From IMG/VR virus record IMGVR_UViG_3300046697_000072: 64,000 bases of DNA; one strand, written 5' to 3'. Origin of the DNA: a virus. Of this stretch, positions 43,701 through 53,086 are shown one piece after another (within the stretch, counting starts at the first letter, position 1; every line of letters starts with the position of its first letter). The position numbers were made by a program, and so were the translations under genes. A model generated the notes under the pieces. That model was not told where the DNA came from and ran no database searches. It worked only from the letters and a program-made list of their open reading frames with translations.

Positions 43701-45385
43701 GCCCCGGAAGCGTCCGTGCCCACAGGGAAGGCTTCGGGGTAGCCCGACTTGCTCTTGTAGAGTATGTGCGGATTGTTGGGATCACCAGCCACCAGAACAG
43801 CATCTCCCACGTTGGCTGTCAGGTTGCACGGCTGGCCAGCGATGGCATCCACGGTGATGACATCCCCGTCTTCGTGGACGTACTGGAAGTACACGATGAT
43901 CGTGGTGCCGGAGATCGCTCCGATTATGCAGTCTTCGCTCCCGCTGGTTGCGGCTATGTGTGCCAATGTTCCTGGGGTGAGATTATAGGCGGATGGCAAC
44001 GCTGCCAGAGACACAGCCATCCACCCGGCATCGAAGATTCCCCCCGCAGCAGAGATCGTGCTGGAGTACGGGACCGGGACCGTGCTGGTCACCGGCATGT
44101 CGTTGTCGATCTCGATCTGATTGTTGTAAATCTGAACGGTGTCTGCGATGTTGTCCACGAAAGTTGCGGGGTTGGGGACCCCGGCGGTTACTCCTGGATT
44201 GGGGACAGATCCAACGAATCTCCAGGTATCGTAGTTTAGACCCCCACGGCGGTAGATGTTGAGTGTCTTGATATCCACGTCGGGGCTTCCCCAGACGGTA
44301 ACCGCGACTTGGCCCAAATGAACAGCAAGAGGGATGCCGGAATTGTTCCCTCCCATCGCAAAAGAGGCATCCGGCACCATCACCTGAGAAGGGTTCCCTT
44401 CATTGCCTGTCAGCCCAGAAATGCCAGTCCATCGCCAATCGTAAGGGATCGAACTGGCCGGGCTTTCGTCCGCGCCGCCATCTAGCAGCCCGATGGCCAG
44501 CCCGTTGGGAGATCCAATCTGGGTGATCGTCCCAGCGGCAGTGATCGTACCTGAACCTGTCACCATCTGGCCGTTGCTGTCGAAGAGGCGGAACATCGTG
44601 GTCGGGTTGTCGATTGTCACTCCATCCGCATCGACTACCCCAACTCGGATGTCCCATGTGTCGTTAATGTCCGTGCGCCCATCGGTCGTTGTGACGGCGA
44701 AGGTGCCCGTCACCCCCGCGATCTTGACCGTGCTATCGTCCAACATGGGGACCGAAGGTGTTTGATCTTGAGGGGCGGAATCAAGTACGATGACCACCCC
44801 GCCCCAGGTGGGCCAGTTCGTGTAGATGTAGTCAATGGAGATAGCCGGGGCCAAAGTCTTCGGCGTTGCATCTGGGACTTGTACCGCTTGCGCCACTCCG
44901 GCGGATGGTGGAGTACCCCATAGCGGCAACGGAGACTGTGGAGTTACCCCGCTGTCCTTGAGCATGGCCTTCGGACAGGCGAAGAATCCGAATGGCTGAC
45001 CAGTTTCCCCAGCCGCATACGACGCCATCTCCCAGTGCTTGCCAACTCCCTCTACGCTAGCCGCCACCACTACTGCGGTTTTGTAATCGTATGTCCGAAG
45101 GATGTTCTGGTTGATGTCCAGATAGCGAGGGTTGGAAGATGGAACAAGTGGGTCCTCATTTGGCGTCACCACCAACTTTCGTACAACGTTGCACGGGGAC
45201 AAGCCCGCGCCCAAACTGCCAATGAGCTTGGACCCGGTGCGGCTCGAAAGAGCGCCCTCCTGGACGGAATAGACCCCGGACAGACGGCGATACCTTCCGT
45301 CTTTCAGGAGATCCGGGCTCTCTTTGTTCACCATCCCTTGGTGAGAGAACCGAAAGGCGGAAGTTTTTGAGCCCGGATTTTCCAC
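40736..45385 (-). CDS. Giant tail (nozzle/hub-type) protein, 1549 aa, with tandem C-terminal domain repeats
   Basis: GTG start after GAGGAG. The C-terminal half carries at least 5 repeats of a ~110-130-aa module, each ending in a W-R-L/F...QLFNW / LWDW / FQKVDYP-type signature. Confidence 0.75.
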   Translation of the reverse strand: MENPGSKTSAFRFSHQGMVNKESPDLLKDGRYRRLSGVYSVQEGALSSRTGSKLIGSLGAGLSPCNVVRKLVVTPNEDPLVPSSNPRYLDINQNILRTYDYKTAVVVAASVEGVGKHWEMASYAAGETGQPFGFFACPKAMLKDSGVTPQSPLPLWGTPPSAGVAQAVQVPDATPKTLAPAISIDYIYTNWPTWGGVVIVLDSAPQDQTPSVPMLDDSTVKIAGVTGTFAVTTTDGRTDINDTWDIRVGVVDADGVTIDNPTTMFRLFDSNGQMVTGSGTITAAGTITQIGSPNGLAIGLLDGGADESPASSIPYDWRWTGISGLTGNEGNPSQVMVPDASFAMGGNNSGIPLAVHLGQVAVTVWGSPDVDIKTLNIYRRGGLNYDTWRFVGSVPNPGVTAGVPNPATFVDNIADTVQIYNNQIEIDNDMPVTSTVPVPYSSTISAAGGIFDAGWMAVSLAALPSAYNLTPGTLAHIAATSGSEDCIIGAISGTTIIVYFQYVHEDGDVITVDAIAGQPCNLTANVGDAVLVAGDPNNPHILYKSKSGYPEAFPVGTDASGAVTNIGVGTPANGIVNFCEYRGQILSMNVSSLFEVPLISGSLLTPVKIAEKGLVAQPAWCKTETEVWFLSTDGIWSWDGGSLQKRTEAIDPIFHSMEVNGIPPISMQPNALLYARMEYRRGVIRLLYRDINNVMQELMCEPLYGDRWSLYPETYSPFSEISTIYTEPDTQSLILALDSPSLGATFVIADAVNIAAGTDQTADGWVDPFSGGSAVPYDIWLPWFDLGLPNAKKLFEEIWLDVDPQLFTGSPASSMTVEILLDYSDTAVDSVAVTIPSGTSLTGRQPVALLANVVSKAAGLQSFGREARAISFHIYGTAYPAQATFYSLMFQYQETGLLTAGGTTDWMDLDHPFDKKLHQMTVTFDTEGTDRTIVLDTISGKDGDTYNEAVQTFVLSNPTILGAGRAKKSFPVTDGIIAKLVRVRPVATVGAVGQSSVAFFKIHSVDFQKETYPEDVTGFTPWEDGGLSYLKYANQVVLEVNTNGVAVECWLQADNVTKFKFTVISTEADRQRNITVPTGLTGYRWRLFVDLTQPALATREGTWQLFNHSLKFQQADKGEVQHTFDWDELEHPYDKLLLSVVFEYDTTLGGPITLQMDTLTGIGGVTLNSNVAQFVLGTGRGKTEFPIAADTVAKMIRIYPTGVTIPAGYKQWKYTFQKVDYPPDIIHTTDWRDASDPNDKEPSWLWLDADTAGVPSTVYLQNENGTVLTVTHTGTPTNRKFNYAIPADTHAKMWRILATEGAGGRFQLFNWGFERWHAFDQAGPIDPPEVILYTPWQDFGYPYPKLARNFIATINTGGVTCSVALQTSDGVTQQTFLVNTTYTNRRIVLACNPELSGLMWRLLFTPGTGGRAQLWDWTLDIVKEPPAVTQWTSYQQSFGYSAFKLLKQLWIEYVSAVPINVTFVSSTGTLVVPFPAHPTRSVERYLFPSVFGSGLNKSVLYDISIASSDGETTFSLYGDPSGIEWLPLGSDRHAGYTKTTLSSFMQMMI
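41869..41882. repeat. GTSCAACGTTGSAC dyad motif copy
   Basis: GTGCAACGTTGGAG (last base off consensus), followed immediately by the half-site TTCAACGTCAC. Confidence 0.8.
45181..45194. repeat. GTSCAACGTTGSAC dyad motif copy
   Basis: GTACAACGTTGCAC, about 190 nt into the 1549-aa gene. Confidence 0.8.
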
Positions 45386-45888
45386 TACTTCTCCTCAAAG
45401 GTGAACGTCAGGGTGTACGTGGCCTCGATGTGGATGGGCCTCCCGGTGTCGTTCATCCAACTCGCCATCTTCAGGATGAGCTTATTGTCAGGCGGCAGCA
45501 CCCAATCCACCTCATTGTCGAACGCAAAGCGGGACTTCCGGTTCTCTGAGGTCAGAACATCCTGGTGGTAGAGCGGGGTGTTATCCGCGCACCAATCACA
45601 GCGCGTAGACCCATCCGGCCCGCTATCATGGAAGGCCAAGAGCACCCCGACTGTGCTCTCTAGCGGCATGGGTGCGCCGGTTGAGGACGAACGCACCCAA
45701 GCCACCAGATCGCCGCGCAGTCGGGTTATGCGGACGCGGAGGCCCGGCGGCGGCGAAAACGTAATGACCTTCTCCTGAGAGTCGGCGTATCCCCAGCATC
45801 CGGGTCGTGTGTCCTGCACTCCGTAGAGATCAACGGCAAAGTTCCCAGACGGCATGAACGACGCCAGCACCAGGAGAATCGGGATCAT
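45385..45888 (-). CDS. Hypothetical protein (167 aa) with hydrophobic N-terminus
   Basis: ATG 45888 forms an ATGA overlap with the upstream stop (track ORF 45385..45936). N-terminus MIPILLVLASF.... Confidence 0.6.
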   Translation of the reverse strand: MIPILLVLASFMPSGNFAVDLYGVQDTRPGCWGYADSQEKVITFSPPPGLRVRITRLRGDLVAWVRSSSTGAPMPLESTVGVLLAFHDSGPDGSTRCDWCADNTPLYHQDVLTSENRKSRFAFDNEVDWVLPPDNKLILKMASWMNDTGRPIHIEATYTLTFTFEEK

Positions 45889-46205
45889 TTCTTGTCTGCC
45901 CCCTTGGCTTCCGTTGGCGGTGCCGGAGGAGCGCATTGAGGCTTTCCCTGTGCGTCCAGCATCAGTGGGCAGACGGCCTCCATGGACTTCACGGATTCCT
46001 GCATCCGTTTCTGCGCGTCGGTCAGTTTTGCTTGCGCCTCCAGCACATCCGCTTTGGCTTGAAAGAACGTCTCGCGCATCTCAGCCGTGATCTTCGGCGG
46101 GTCTGCTGGCTTGGCCGGTTCTGTCGGCTTCGCCGGTTTCTGTTGCGCCAGTCCCGCAAGGGCAATGGCGAGAATCAAAATGCATCGTGTCGGTGTGTGT
46201 TTCAT
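45885..46205 (-). CDS. Small secreted protein (106 aa)
   Basis: AGGAGG SD before ATG 46205. N-terminus MKHTPTRCILILAIALAGLAQ-QKPA. Pro/Lys-rich, then helical. Confidence 0.6.
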   Translation of the reverse strand: MKHTPTRCILILAIALAGLAQQKPAKPTEPAKPADPPKITAEMRETFFQAKADVLEAQAKLTDAQKRMQESVKSMEAVCPLMLDAQGKPQCAPPAPPTEAKGADKK

Positions 46206-46219
46206 ACGTCCTCCTATAA

Positions 46220-49200
46220 TTAGTGTGTCCATGCTCCGTTTACCTTAACACAGGACTGCCCCGTGGAACTCCCTAACGTGCAGGTTATGTTGCAGTCTAG
46301 GCAGTACGTGTGAGAACTATTCCCTGTGTTTCCTAGACCCACGCTTGTGCTGGTCATCGTGGCATAGGACATCTGCCCCCCCTCAACGATTACCCCGGAA
46401 GACACAGCGTAGGCTTGGCTGGTATATATCGTCCGAGTATTCCCTAAAGTCACGGTGACCCCGGTAGGACTCCCATTGATTAGATATGCGTAATCCACCC
46501 CTTGGATGGTGTTCCCGGTAATCGTCCAGTCGCTAGTAGTCCCCTGGAGCCAAGCCGCGATGTTCGAGTTGGAACCACTTGCCCCTTGAATCGTGTTTCC
46601 GGTAATAGTGCCCCATGGGAATCCTGCGCCGCTCGATCCATTTACCAAAATCGCATCCCAACTGGCGAAGTTACCGGAGTTAGCCATCGTGTTGGCGGTG
46701 ATCGCGGTCTGCGCCCCGTATCCGGTGAGCACGATACAGCCCAACGTCGTGTTCTCGCACTTGTTGTTGGCAATGTTGATCCATCCGCCGCTGGTGGTCG
46801 AATTGTACTCAACGAAATACTTAACCGCGTTTCCGCCATCCAGCGTGTTGTTGGAGATCATGTGCTCTGAACTGCTGTTAATCAGGATCGCGGCTTCCGC
46901 TGCTGGACTAACCGAGTAATTGAGGAACCTGTTACTCGTTACTGTCGGACCTCCGCAGTCCGGGCAAGCGGTGTCCTGAGCAGTGATTGCGGTATGGTGA
47001 AACTGGTAAAATGTGGAGTCGCTGACGCTCAATTGGTTCATCGAGACCCCAAGGATCTCATCGTAGAAGTTGTTGAACAGGACGTGATCCACGCTTGAGA
47101 ACGAAGTCTCTACATTGGAGCCAATGCGGATCGCGTAGTTTCCGCTCGACACCGTTCCTATCGAATCCATCCGTAAATTGGAAAAGCTGACTGCTGGGCC
47201 ACCGTCTACATCGAATAACCCATTGCTCCCATTCCAATTCACAATCAAGGATTGCGATGTCCCGCCTCCGAAGACTCTTGCTCCATTGTCAATGTAAACA
47301 GGAGCGTAAAACGAATATGTCCCAAAGGGAAAGTAAAGCGGTCCTGTCGGGTTTCCGGCGTTCGACGCTCCGGCCGCAATTGCCGCCTCTTGAGCGCCAG
47401 CCGTCGCTGACCCAATGACAAACGACCCACCGTGGGAATAAGACAATCCGTACAGGGTCATCGTTCCGGTTGACGATCCCGAAGTGCAGGTGGTTCCACT
47501 GACGTAAGCAGCCTCGGCTGTCCCACTCCCGCCGCTGATGTAGTACCAGAATGCATGGGGTGAGGCGGGCACGAAAGATGCCGCCCCAACTGGGCAGGGA
47601 GTGAAGGTGAGTGCGTGAGTTCCGCTGGATAATGTGCCGCTGCTGGTTCCTCCAGGGACACAGGTGGAAGTGGTCATGTTACAGGAGTATGGAGTAAAAT
47701 TGTATCCTTGCACGTTGTATGGACCGCTGCTCCCGGATACGCAGATTCCCCCAATGAAAGACGCACATTCGGGACTTGAGGCCCCAATGTAATTCCTCGA
47801 CCCGATTTGCAAGGTGATATAAGGAGTAGACGAAGCCACTGCTACCATTTGGAAAGCACTGTACGTTGCTCCAACACCCGCAGAAAAAACTAGGTCCGCA
47901 TAGGTAGCGGATGGCAAAAATTCCAGTGAAGACCAGTTAGAAGACCCGGACCCGAATGCTAAGAGTTGTCCAGAGTGAGTTATCGAGAACACTTTACCGC
48001 CGCCGCTAGGTTGGCTGTATACATCCAGCAGGTCAGCCGAGCCTCCGGTATAGCCAATTAGCGTTTCGGCAACAATATCCGATGACGGAGTTGCCGCAAG
48101 GTGCCCTGTGGTGAAGATCGTGCCGCCTGCGGTGATGTCCTGAACGTGTCCGATGTCTACCACGGACGGGCTGCCGGTCGCGTACTGGATGATGCCTGTA
48201 TTACCCGTGTACCCGAACGGGTTGGAGGACGGGAACTGAATGTAGAAGCCTGCCGTGTTCGTCGGCGTGGCGTTGGCTGTTACCGATCCGGTGAAAGTCC
48301 CACTTGAACTGTTGACGGTGCCGAGGTGCGCGTTGGCGCTACCGTCGATGATCTGGGTGTTGTAGATGTAATAGCCGCCGTATGTTCCAGCGCCCGACCC
48401 GACATGCCCCGTGCCCGCTCCGACGCACGATCCACCATAAATCTGGCACGTCACGATGTTACCGCTGTTCGAGTTGATGTTGAATACATTCCCGATGTTC
48501 ACTACGCCGCCCAGGGACGCGCTATACTGAATGACCCCGGTGGTCCCGACGTAGTATCCCGCGTCGGGAGTTAGAGCCGTGTTCGCCGTGACCGAACCCG
48601 CGAATGGGTTCCCTCCACCACCGCCGCCACTTATTGTGGCCGTCGATGATGCCGTGACAAGGCCCTTCCCGTTGATGGTAAGAACGCAGGACTGGGTGCT
48701 GCTACCGCAAGACACCGGGCTGGAGTTCACGGTGTTCAGAGTGAAACTCGGCTGGCTGAAAGTCAGATCGCCGCCAGCAGTGAAGCCCCCGAACACGCCT
48801 CCGTTGTTGTACTGAATTTGCCCAGAGCTTCCGCCGGGCGTCCCGCCGCCGCCCCCGCTCCCGCAGTCGGAGCCTGTGCCACTCAACTCCCCCAGCGCGT
48901 TGAAGTGAGCGCACTGAACAGTCCCAGTGATGCCGGAGAATGTCACCGTTCCGGGGAGAATCGTATCGTTAGAGGATGACGTGCAAGTTGCAGGCCAGCT
49001 CGTTCCGTCGTACTTCCCGGAGCAAGTCATGCTCGAATTGATAGGCATGAGCGCCCACAGGCTGCCATCGAACGGAGAGGGAAGCGTGACAGCGTAGACT
49101 GTACTGCCCTGGCTGAAGGTGAACGAAAGATCCACGTATCCGCCAGAGGCCGGTGGGCACGTAACAGATGAGATCGTGACCGGAGCCGTGAGCGTGGTAC

Positions 49201-51442
49201 TGGCCTCAAACCATGAGTTTGCTACCGACGTGCAAGTCAGAGTCGATGTGGTATTCGGGTTGAAAGAATAAGACACGCCTGCGCCAGAACCGCCCCCACC
49301 GCCCGAACCGCACTCCGTACCAGTCCCGGTGACCGCTCCTGTAGGACCAGCATGGAGGCACTGATTGCCAGACCCGGTGACGGTGAGGAGCGTAAGGATT
49401 CCGCTGCCATCAATGATGCTCTGCGCGGACCCGCCCACGCCCAACCAGAATCCGCCGTTGCTCCCCGTGCCTGCGCTGACATGCTGGCCGTTGGCCGTGC
49501 TGATCGTTCCTGCCGCCGCGACGTTGTAGACATTCCCAATTGAGATCGTCGGGCATCCGGTAGCGTCACATTGGATAATCCCGGTGGTCCCGACGTAGTA
49601 TCCCGCTACAGCCGTCAGGCTCGTGTTGGCCGTGACTGAACCGGGGAACGGGTTCCCTCCACCTCCCCCGCCGCCTCCACCTGATCCGCAATCTGACCCG
49701 GTTCCGCCGACAACGCCAAGCGAATTGACGTGAAGGCATTGCGTCATCCCCGCCACGTCGATTGTCAGATGTCCAAGCAGGGACGTGGCACCGGAAACCG
49801 TCAGACCTGAGAACGATCCGTTCCTGCTGGAATCGATGGCCGTTACGCCGCTGATCTCAAAAGCATTGGACGTGTTGACGTAGCCGGTGGTGCTGATGTT
49901 CAAGCTGCCGTCGATGATCGTTGTTCCACCTACTGCGTAACTGCCCGCCGCGATCCCCGCATTTGCTCCGCTCCCTCCAACCTTGAACCCCACCCCTGCT
50001 GCGGTCTGAACTCCGACAGTTCCGCTGAACTCCAATGTGCCCGAGGTGGGCACATAGGCGCTTGCGCCCTGCCACAAGATACGACCAAAGTTCCCTAACC
50101 CGTCGATCTTGATGGCCACAACATTGGCCGAATTCAAGATGGAATTCGCGTCTTGCAGGTTTTGAACCCAGACCCCGTATCCGTTGACCACATGACCGCC
50201 GCCGCCGCCGTAACCTCCTGGTTGCCCAACGATGAGTCCCGCCCAGGTGTTCAGCGTCACACCGGAAGAGACTTGCGCCAAACTTGCCAGGTAGTTCATG
50301 CCCAGATTTGCGGTGTACGCCGATGCGGGAGTCTGGTAGTACAGTTCGGAGTCCACCGCTTTCTGCTGGCCGCGAATGTAAGGCGAACCGTATCCGGAAT
50401 CGGTCGGGAGATTCATCGCTCCAAGGACTACCACTCCGGCCAATCCGAACTGGTCCCATCCGTTCGATCCTTCGTCAACCGTGGTCCGCACCACTCGCAC
50501 TACCGAAGACACGCCCCTCGATTCGTTGTCCTGGTTCAACCAGGTATGGTCGATGTTTGACACCACGTACCCGAGCGCGGTTGAATCGTTCAGGCTCGCG
50601 CCGCCCCAAGCGGTGAACCCGTTCCCGTCGATGACTTGGTTAGAGCCTACGTACACCCCTCCGTTGAAGGTCTTGGCTCCTGTGATCGTTTGCGTGGTGT
50701 TGGTCGTAACGCACGTCGGGCAGTTCGCTGCCGAGATCCCCGTGAGCCATGCCGGGGCGTTGTAGGTCTGCGTGGTGTCCACGGCGTTGGTCACCATGGC
50801 AGCCGTGTAGTCTCCCGTGGTAGGGACCACCGCCCCCGTCCTGGTGTTGAACGAATTGACAATAGCCTGAAAGGTCGGGTCCGCACTTGCCTCGTTGGAC
50901 ACCAGACCGTAGTTGGCTGTACCTGCCGCCGTCACAGAGAGCGCCGAACTCCCTTCCCCGACAAGCACCCCATGAGCAGTGAACGACGAGGCTCCGGTCC
51001 CTCCTTGCGCCAAAGTGATCGGATATACCGCAGACGCCAGCGATGTTGACAAGTAGAAATCTTTGCAGGCCGAGTAGGTCACGGTGGCAGCCCCGGTCAC
51101 AACGATCTGGATGTACGGGTGATAGCCATTTGAATAGGCAATGGGCGGGTTGCTAACCTGAGTGATCGTAGCCTGAGAGCCAAAACTTGTCCACGGACCC
51201 GCGCAAGAAGTGTCGGAGAAGTTCATGGCAACGGTCCATGCTCCGGCCCCGGTGGCGTAGATGCTGTGGTAGTTGTTATGGCGGGAAACTGCGCTGGAGT
51301 TATTTATTCCGTTGGTGCCGCATTCCGCAGAAGCCCAGGAACTTGTGATCCCGTAAATCCTGGTAATCATCAAGCTGGTCTGAGAGGTCTGGGATAGTCC
51401 AACGTTGCACAGCAGAAATAAAAACGGCAGTAGTTTTTTCAT
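46220..51442 (-). CDS. Giant beta-helix fibre/tailspike-like protein (1740 aa) with signal peptide
   Basis: N-terminus MKKLLPFLFLLCNVGLSQ-TSQT. Four G-rich modules (GTGSDCGSGGGGG...). C-terminal parallel beta-helix-type repeats (ISNNTLDG, IANNKCEN, ITANTMAN, ITGNTIQG x2). Confidence 0.8.
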   Translation of the reverse strand: MKKLLPFLFLLCNVGLSQTSQTSLMITRIYGITSSWASAECGTNGINNSSAVSRHNNYHSIYATGAGAWTVAMNFSDTSCAGPWTSFGSQATITQVSNPPIAYSNGYHPYIQIVVTGAATVTYSACKDFYLSTSLASAVYPITLAQGGTGASSFTAHGVLVGEGSSALSVTAAGTANYGLVSNEASADPTFQAIVNSFNTRTGAVVPTTGDYTAAMVTNAVDTTQTYNAPAWLTGISAANCPTCVTTNTTQTITGAKTFNGGVYVGSNQVIDGNGFTAWGGASLNDSTALGYVVSNIDHTWLNQDNESRGVSSVVRVVRTTVDEGSNGWDQFGLAGVVVLGAMNLPTDSGYGSPYIRGQQKAVDSELYYQTPASAYTANLGMNYLASLAQVSSGVTLNTWAGLIVGQPGGYGGGGGHVVNGYGVWVQNLQDANSILNSANVVAIKIDGLGNFGRILWQGASAYVPTSGTLEFSGTVGVQTAAGVGFKVGGSGANAGIAAGSYAVGGTTIIDGSLNISTTGYVNTSNAFEISGVTAIDSSRNGSFSGLTVSGATSLLGHLTIDVAGMTQCLHVNSLGVVGGTGSDCGSGGGGGGGGGNPFPGSVTANTSLTAVAGYYVGTTGIIQCDATGCPTISIGNVYNVAAAGTISTANGQHVSAGTGSNGGFWLGVGGSAQSIIDGSGILTLLTVTGSGNQCLHAGPTGAVTGTGTECGSGGGGGSGAGVSYSFNPNTTSTLTCTSVANSWFEASTTLTAPVTISSVTCPPASGGYVDLSFTFSQGSTVYAVTLPSPFDGSLWALMPINSSMTCSGKYDGTSWPATCTSSSNDTILPGTVTFSGITGTVQCAHFNALGELSGTGSDCGSGGGGGTPGGSSGQIQYNNGGVFGGFTAGGDLTFSQPSFTLNTVNSSPVSCGSSTQSCVLTINGKGLVTASSTATISGGGGGGNPFAGSVTANTALTPDAGYYVGTTGVIQYSASLGGVVNIGNVFNINSNSGNIVTCQIYGGSCVGAGTGHVGSGAGTYGGYYIYNTQIIDGSANAHLGTVNSSSGTFTGSVTANATPTNTAGFYIQFPSSNPFGYTGNTGIIQYATGSPSVVDIGHVQDITAGGTIFTTGHLAATPSSDIVAETLIGYTGGSADLLDVYSQPSGGGKVFSITHSGQLLAFGSGSSNWSSLEFLPSATYADLVFSAGVGATYSAFQMVAVASSTPYITLQIGSRNYIGASSPECASFIGGICVSGSSGPYNVQGYNFTPYSCNMTTSTCVPGGTSSGTLSSGTHALTFTPCPVGAASFVPASPHAFWYYISGGSGTAEAAYVSGTTCTSGSSTGTMTLYGLSYSHGGSFVIGSATAGAQEAAIAAGASNAGNPTGPLYFPFGTYSFYAPVYIDNGARVFGGGTSQSLIVNWNGSNGLFDVDGGPAVSFSNLRMDSIGTVSSGNYAIRIGSNVETSFSSVDHVLFNNFYDEILGVSMNQLSVSDSTFYQFHHTAITAQDTACPDCGGPTVTSNRFLNYSVSPAAEAAILINSSSEHMISNNTLDGGNAVKYFVEYNSTTSGGWINIANNKCENTTLGCIVLTGYGAQTAITANTMANSGNFASWDAILVNGSSGAGFPWGTITGNTIQGASGSNSNIAAWLQGTTSDWTITGNTIQGVDYAYLINGSPTGVTVTLGNTRTIYTSQAYAVSSGVIVEGGQMSYATMTSTSVGLGNTGNSSHTYCLDCNITCTLGSSTGQSCVKVNGAWTH
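51397..51410. repeat. GTSCAACGTTGSAC dyad motif copy
   Basis: GTCCAACGTTGCAC within the signal-peptide codons (LCNVGL) of the 1740-aa gene. Confidence 0.9.
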
Positions 51443-52170
51443 GGCAAATCTCGACTATTGATTGCTTCACACACACCTAAGCACTCGCGCCATTGCGCCC
51501 CGGCGTAAAGCGCGGCCTGGGCGTTCTTGAGTTCGTTATCTCCAGAGTAGATCCGCTCCTCGATGGAGAAAATAAGGTACGCCAAGCTGAACTCATCCGG
51601 GATCAGCGGCAACGGGTCCGTCAATGCCGACACCTGCGTTGTAGCCGCCTGGGTGCCCACGATGCTCAACCCCCGGTGTTGGGCCGGATTCTGTAAAACC
51701 GGGCCACCAATCGTGCTCACGGTCGCGGAGAATGAATCGTAGATCGCAAATGGCGCGTTCGGCCAGTTCGCCCCAATGATCGACTCGGAATTCTGATCCG
51801 GAGTCGGTGCCAGCCCTATGCTCTTGATTGGCAGGCCGTCTTCGTAGAAGTACTGGGGAGCCCCCGGTTTCCGCCGCCAGTCTCTCAGCTTGTTATTCAG
51901 TTCGGCCTGCGTAGCGCGGGGTATCCACTTGCCACCGACAAAGACATCAGAAACTGTGAGAATGTCATCCGGCACGGTGTACACCGCTTGCCCGGCCAGG
52001 ATGCTCTGCGTGTAGATGCGCTTGAAGAGTTCGCCGCGAGTGAAGAAGTCCAGAAGTGAGAGGTTCAGGAGATCGAAGAACTGGGGGAGCGTCAAGATTC
52101 CCAGGACAAGCCCTCCGTCTTCTAGAACGTCGTAGCAGAGCGCATCGTAAACATCCTGTGCGGTCGCCAT
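51439..52170 (-). CDS. Virion adaptor-like protein (243 aa)
   Basis: Track ORF with 4-nt overlap. Shares an overall pattern (...R.W......P..W/Y.....I.L.P.P...) with 52170..52829. Confidence 0.6.
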   Translation of the reverse strand: MATAQDVYDALCYDVLEDGGLVLGILTLPQFFDLLNLSLLDFFTRGELFKRIYTQSILAGQAVYTVPDDILTVSDVFVGGKWIPRATQAELNNKLRDWRRKPGAPQYFYEDGLPIKSIGLAPTPDQNSESIIGANWPNAPFAIYDSFSATVSTIGGPVLQNPAQHRGLSIVGTQAATTQVSALTDPLPLIPDEFSLAYLIFSIEERIYSGDNELKNAQAALYAGAQWRECLGVCEAINSRDLP

Positions 52171-52829
52171 CAGGCACCCACCTTCTGCTGCACAGGGTCG
52201 CTAACCAAGAAATACGGAGGGAATTTCAGGTCTTTCCACAAACTTAGCGGCTTCAATTTGCGGATCATCTCTTGGTAATTAAAAGACGCATCCGCAAACG
52301 GCTTCCCGCTTTCCTTGATCATAATCCGACTTTTGGCATAGTCGATCAGGATGTCGCACATCTGGTCTTCCAGAGAGATCGCCTGCCCGGCAGCGGTGAG
52401 CGGGATCATGGGGACTACACCCTGCACTTCGATCATGTTCCCGCCAGCGGCGTCAATGGGGTGAATCACGAACATCCCGAGTCCGATGGGTGCCCAACGG
52501 TTAACCGGTCCATAGTTGGCCGTGGTGTCCGTCGCCCACTTCCGAAACCGGGTAGCCAATTCTCGCAGACTGAAAGGCTCCAAGATGCGGCCTTCAAAGT
52601 AAATCTTGATCGGTATGACAATGCCGGTAGGAGAGGCATACTCCCGCTGCCCTGCCACGCTGAAACCGGGAACCGGGATGGTGTCCTGCGCGATGCCTAC
52701 CGCGACGTTGAGGCGGCGTAATCCCTCATTGAGCACACCCCTGACGTTGGGTTCCGGGTAGAGGCCAACATTGCCATCCAGGCCATCCCATACGCGCTGC
52801 TCAAGGTCTGCCAGTGTGAAGGTCGGCAC
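52170..52829 (-). CDS. Virion adaptor-like protein (219 aa)
   Basis: Track ORF with 1-nt overlap. Looks paralogous to the neighbouring gene. Confidence 0.6.
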   Translation of the reverse strand: MPTFTLADLEQRVWDGLDGNVGLYPEPNVRGVLNEGLRRLNVAVGIAQDTIPVPGFSVAGQREYASPTGIVIPIKIYFEGRILEPFSLRELATRFRKWATDTTANYGPVNRWAPIGLGMFVIHPIDAAGGNMIEVQGVVPMIPLTAAGQAISLEDQMCDILIDYAKSRIMIKESGKPFADASFNYQEMIRKLKPLSLWKDLKFPPYFLVSDPVQQKVGA

Positions 52830-52840
52830 CGTTCGCCACC

Positions 52841-53083
52841 TTACCCGATGATATGCCCGGCCTTGAACATTGACCCGCCGCGTTCGAGGCGCTTGCCGAA
52901 GTTTCGCAGAGCCCTGTAGTCATGACGAGAAGCTTCGACGAACGGCATCGGCCCACCGTGCTCCATGACCTCGTGGGCTTCGTGAAGATGGTCCTGAGCC
53001 TGCATCATCGCCTGATCTGGGCCGACGAGACGCCGCCCCTTCAATTCGTTGGGAGCCATGTACTCCCGGAAACTGTCGCACAT
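52841..53083 (-). CDS. Hypothetical protein (80 aa)
   Basis: Track ORF, co-oriented and tightly spaced. Confidence 0.5.
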   Translation of the reverse strand: MCDSFREYMAPNELKGRRLVGPDQAMMQAQDHLHEAHEVMEHGGPMPFVEASRHDYRALRNFGKRLERGGSMFKAGHIIG

Positions 53084-53086
53084 ACG

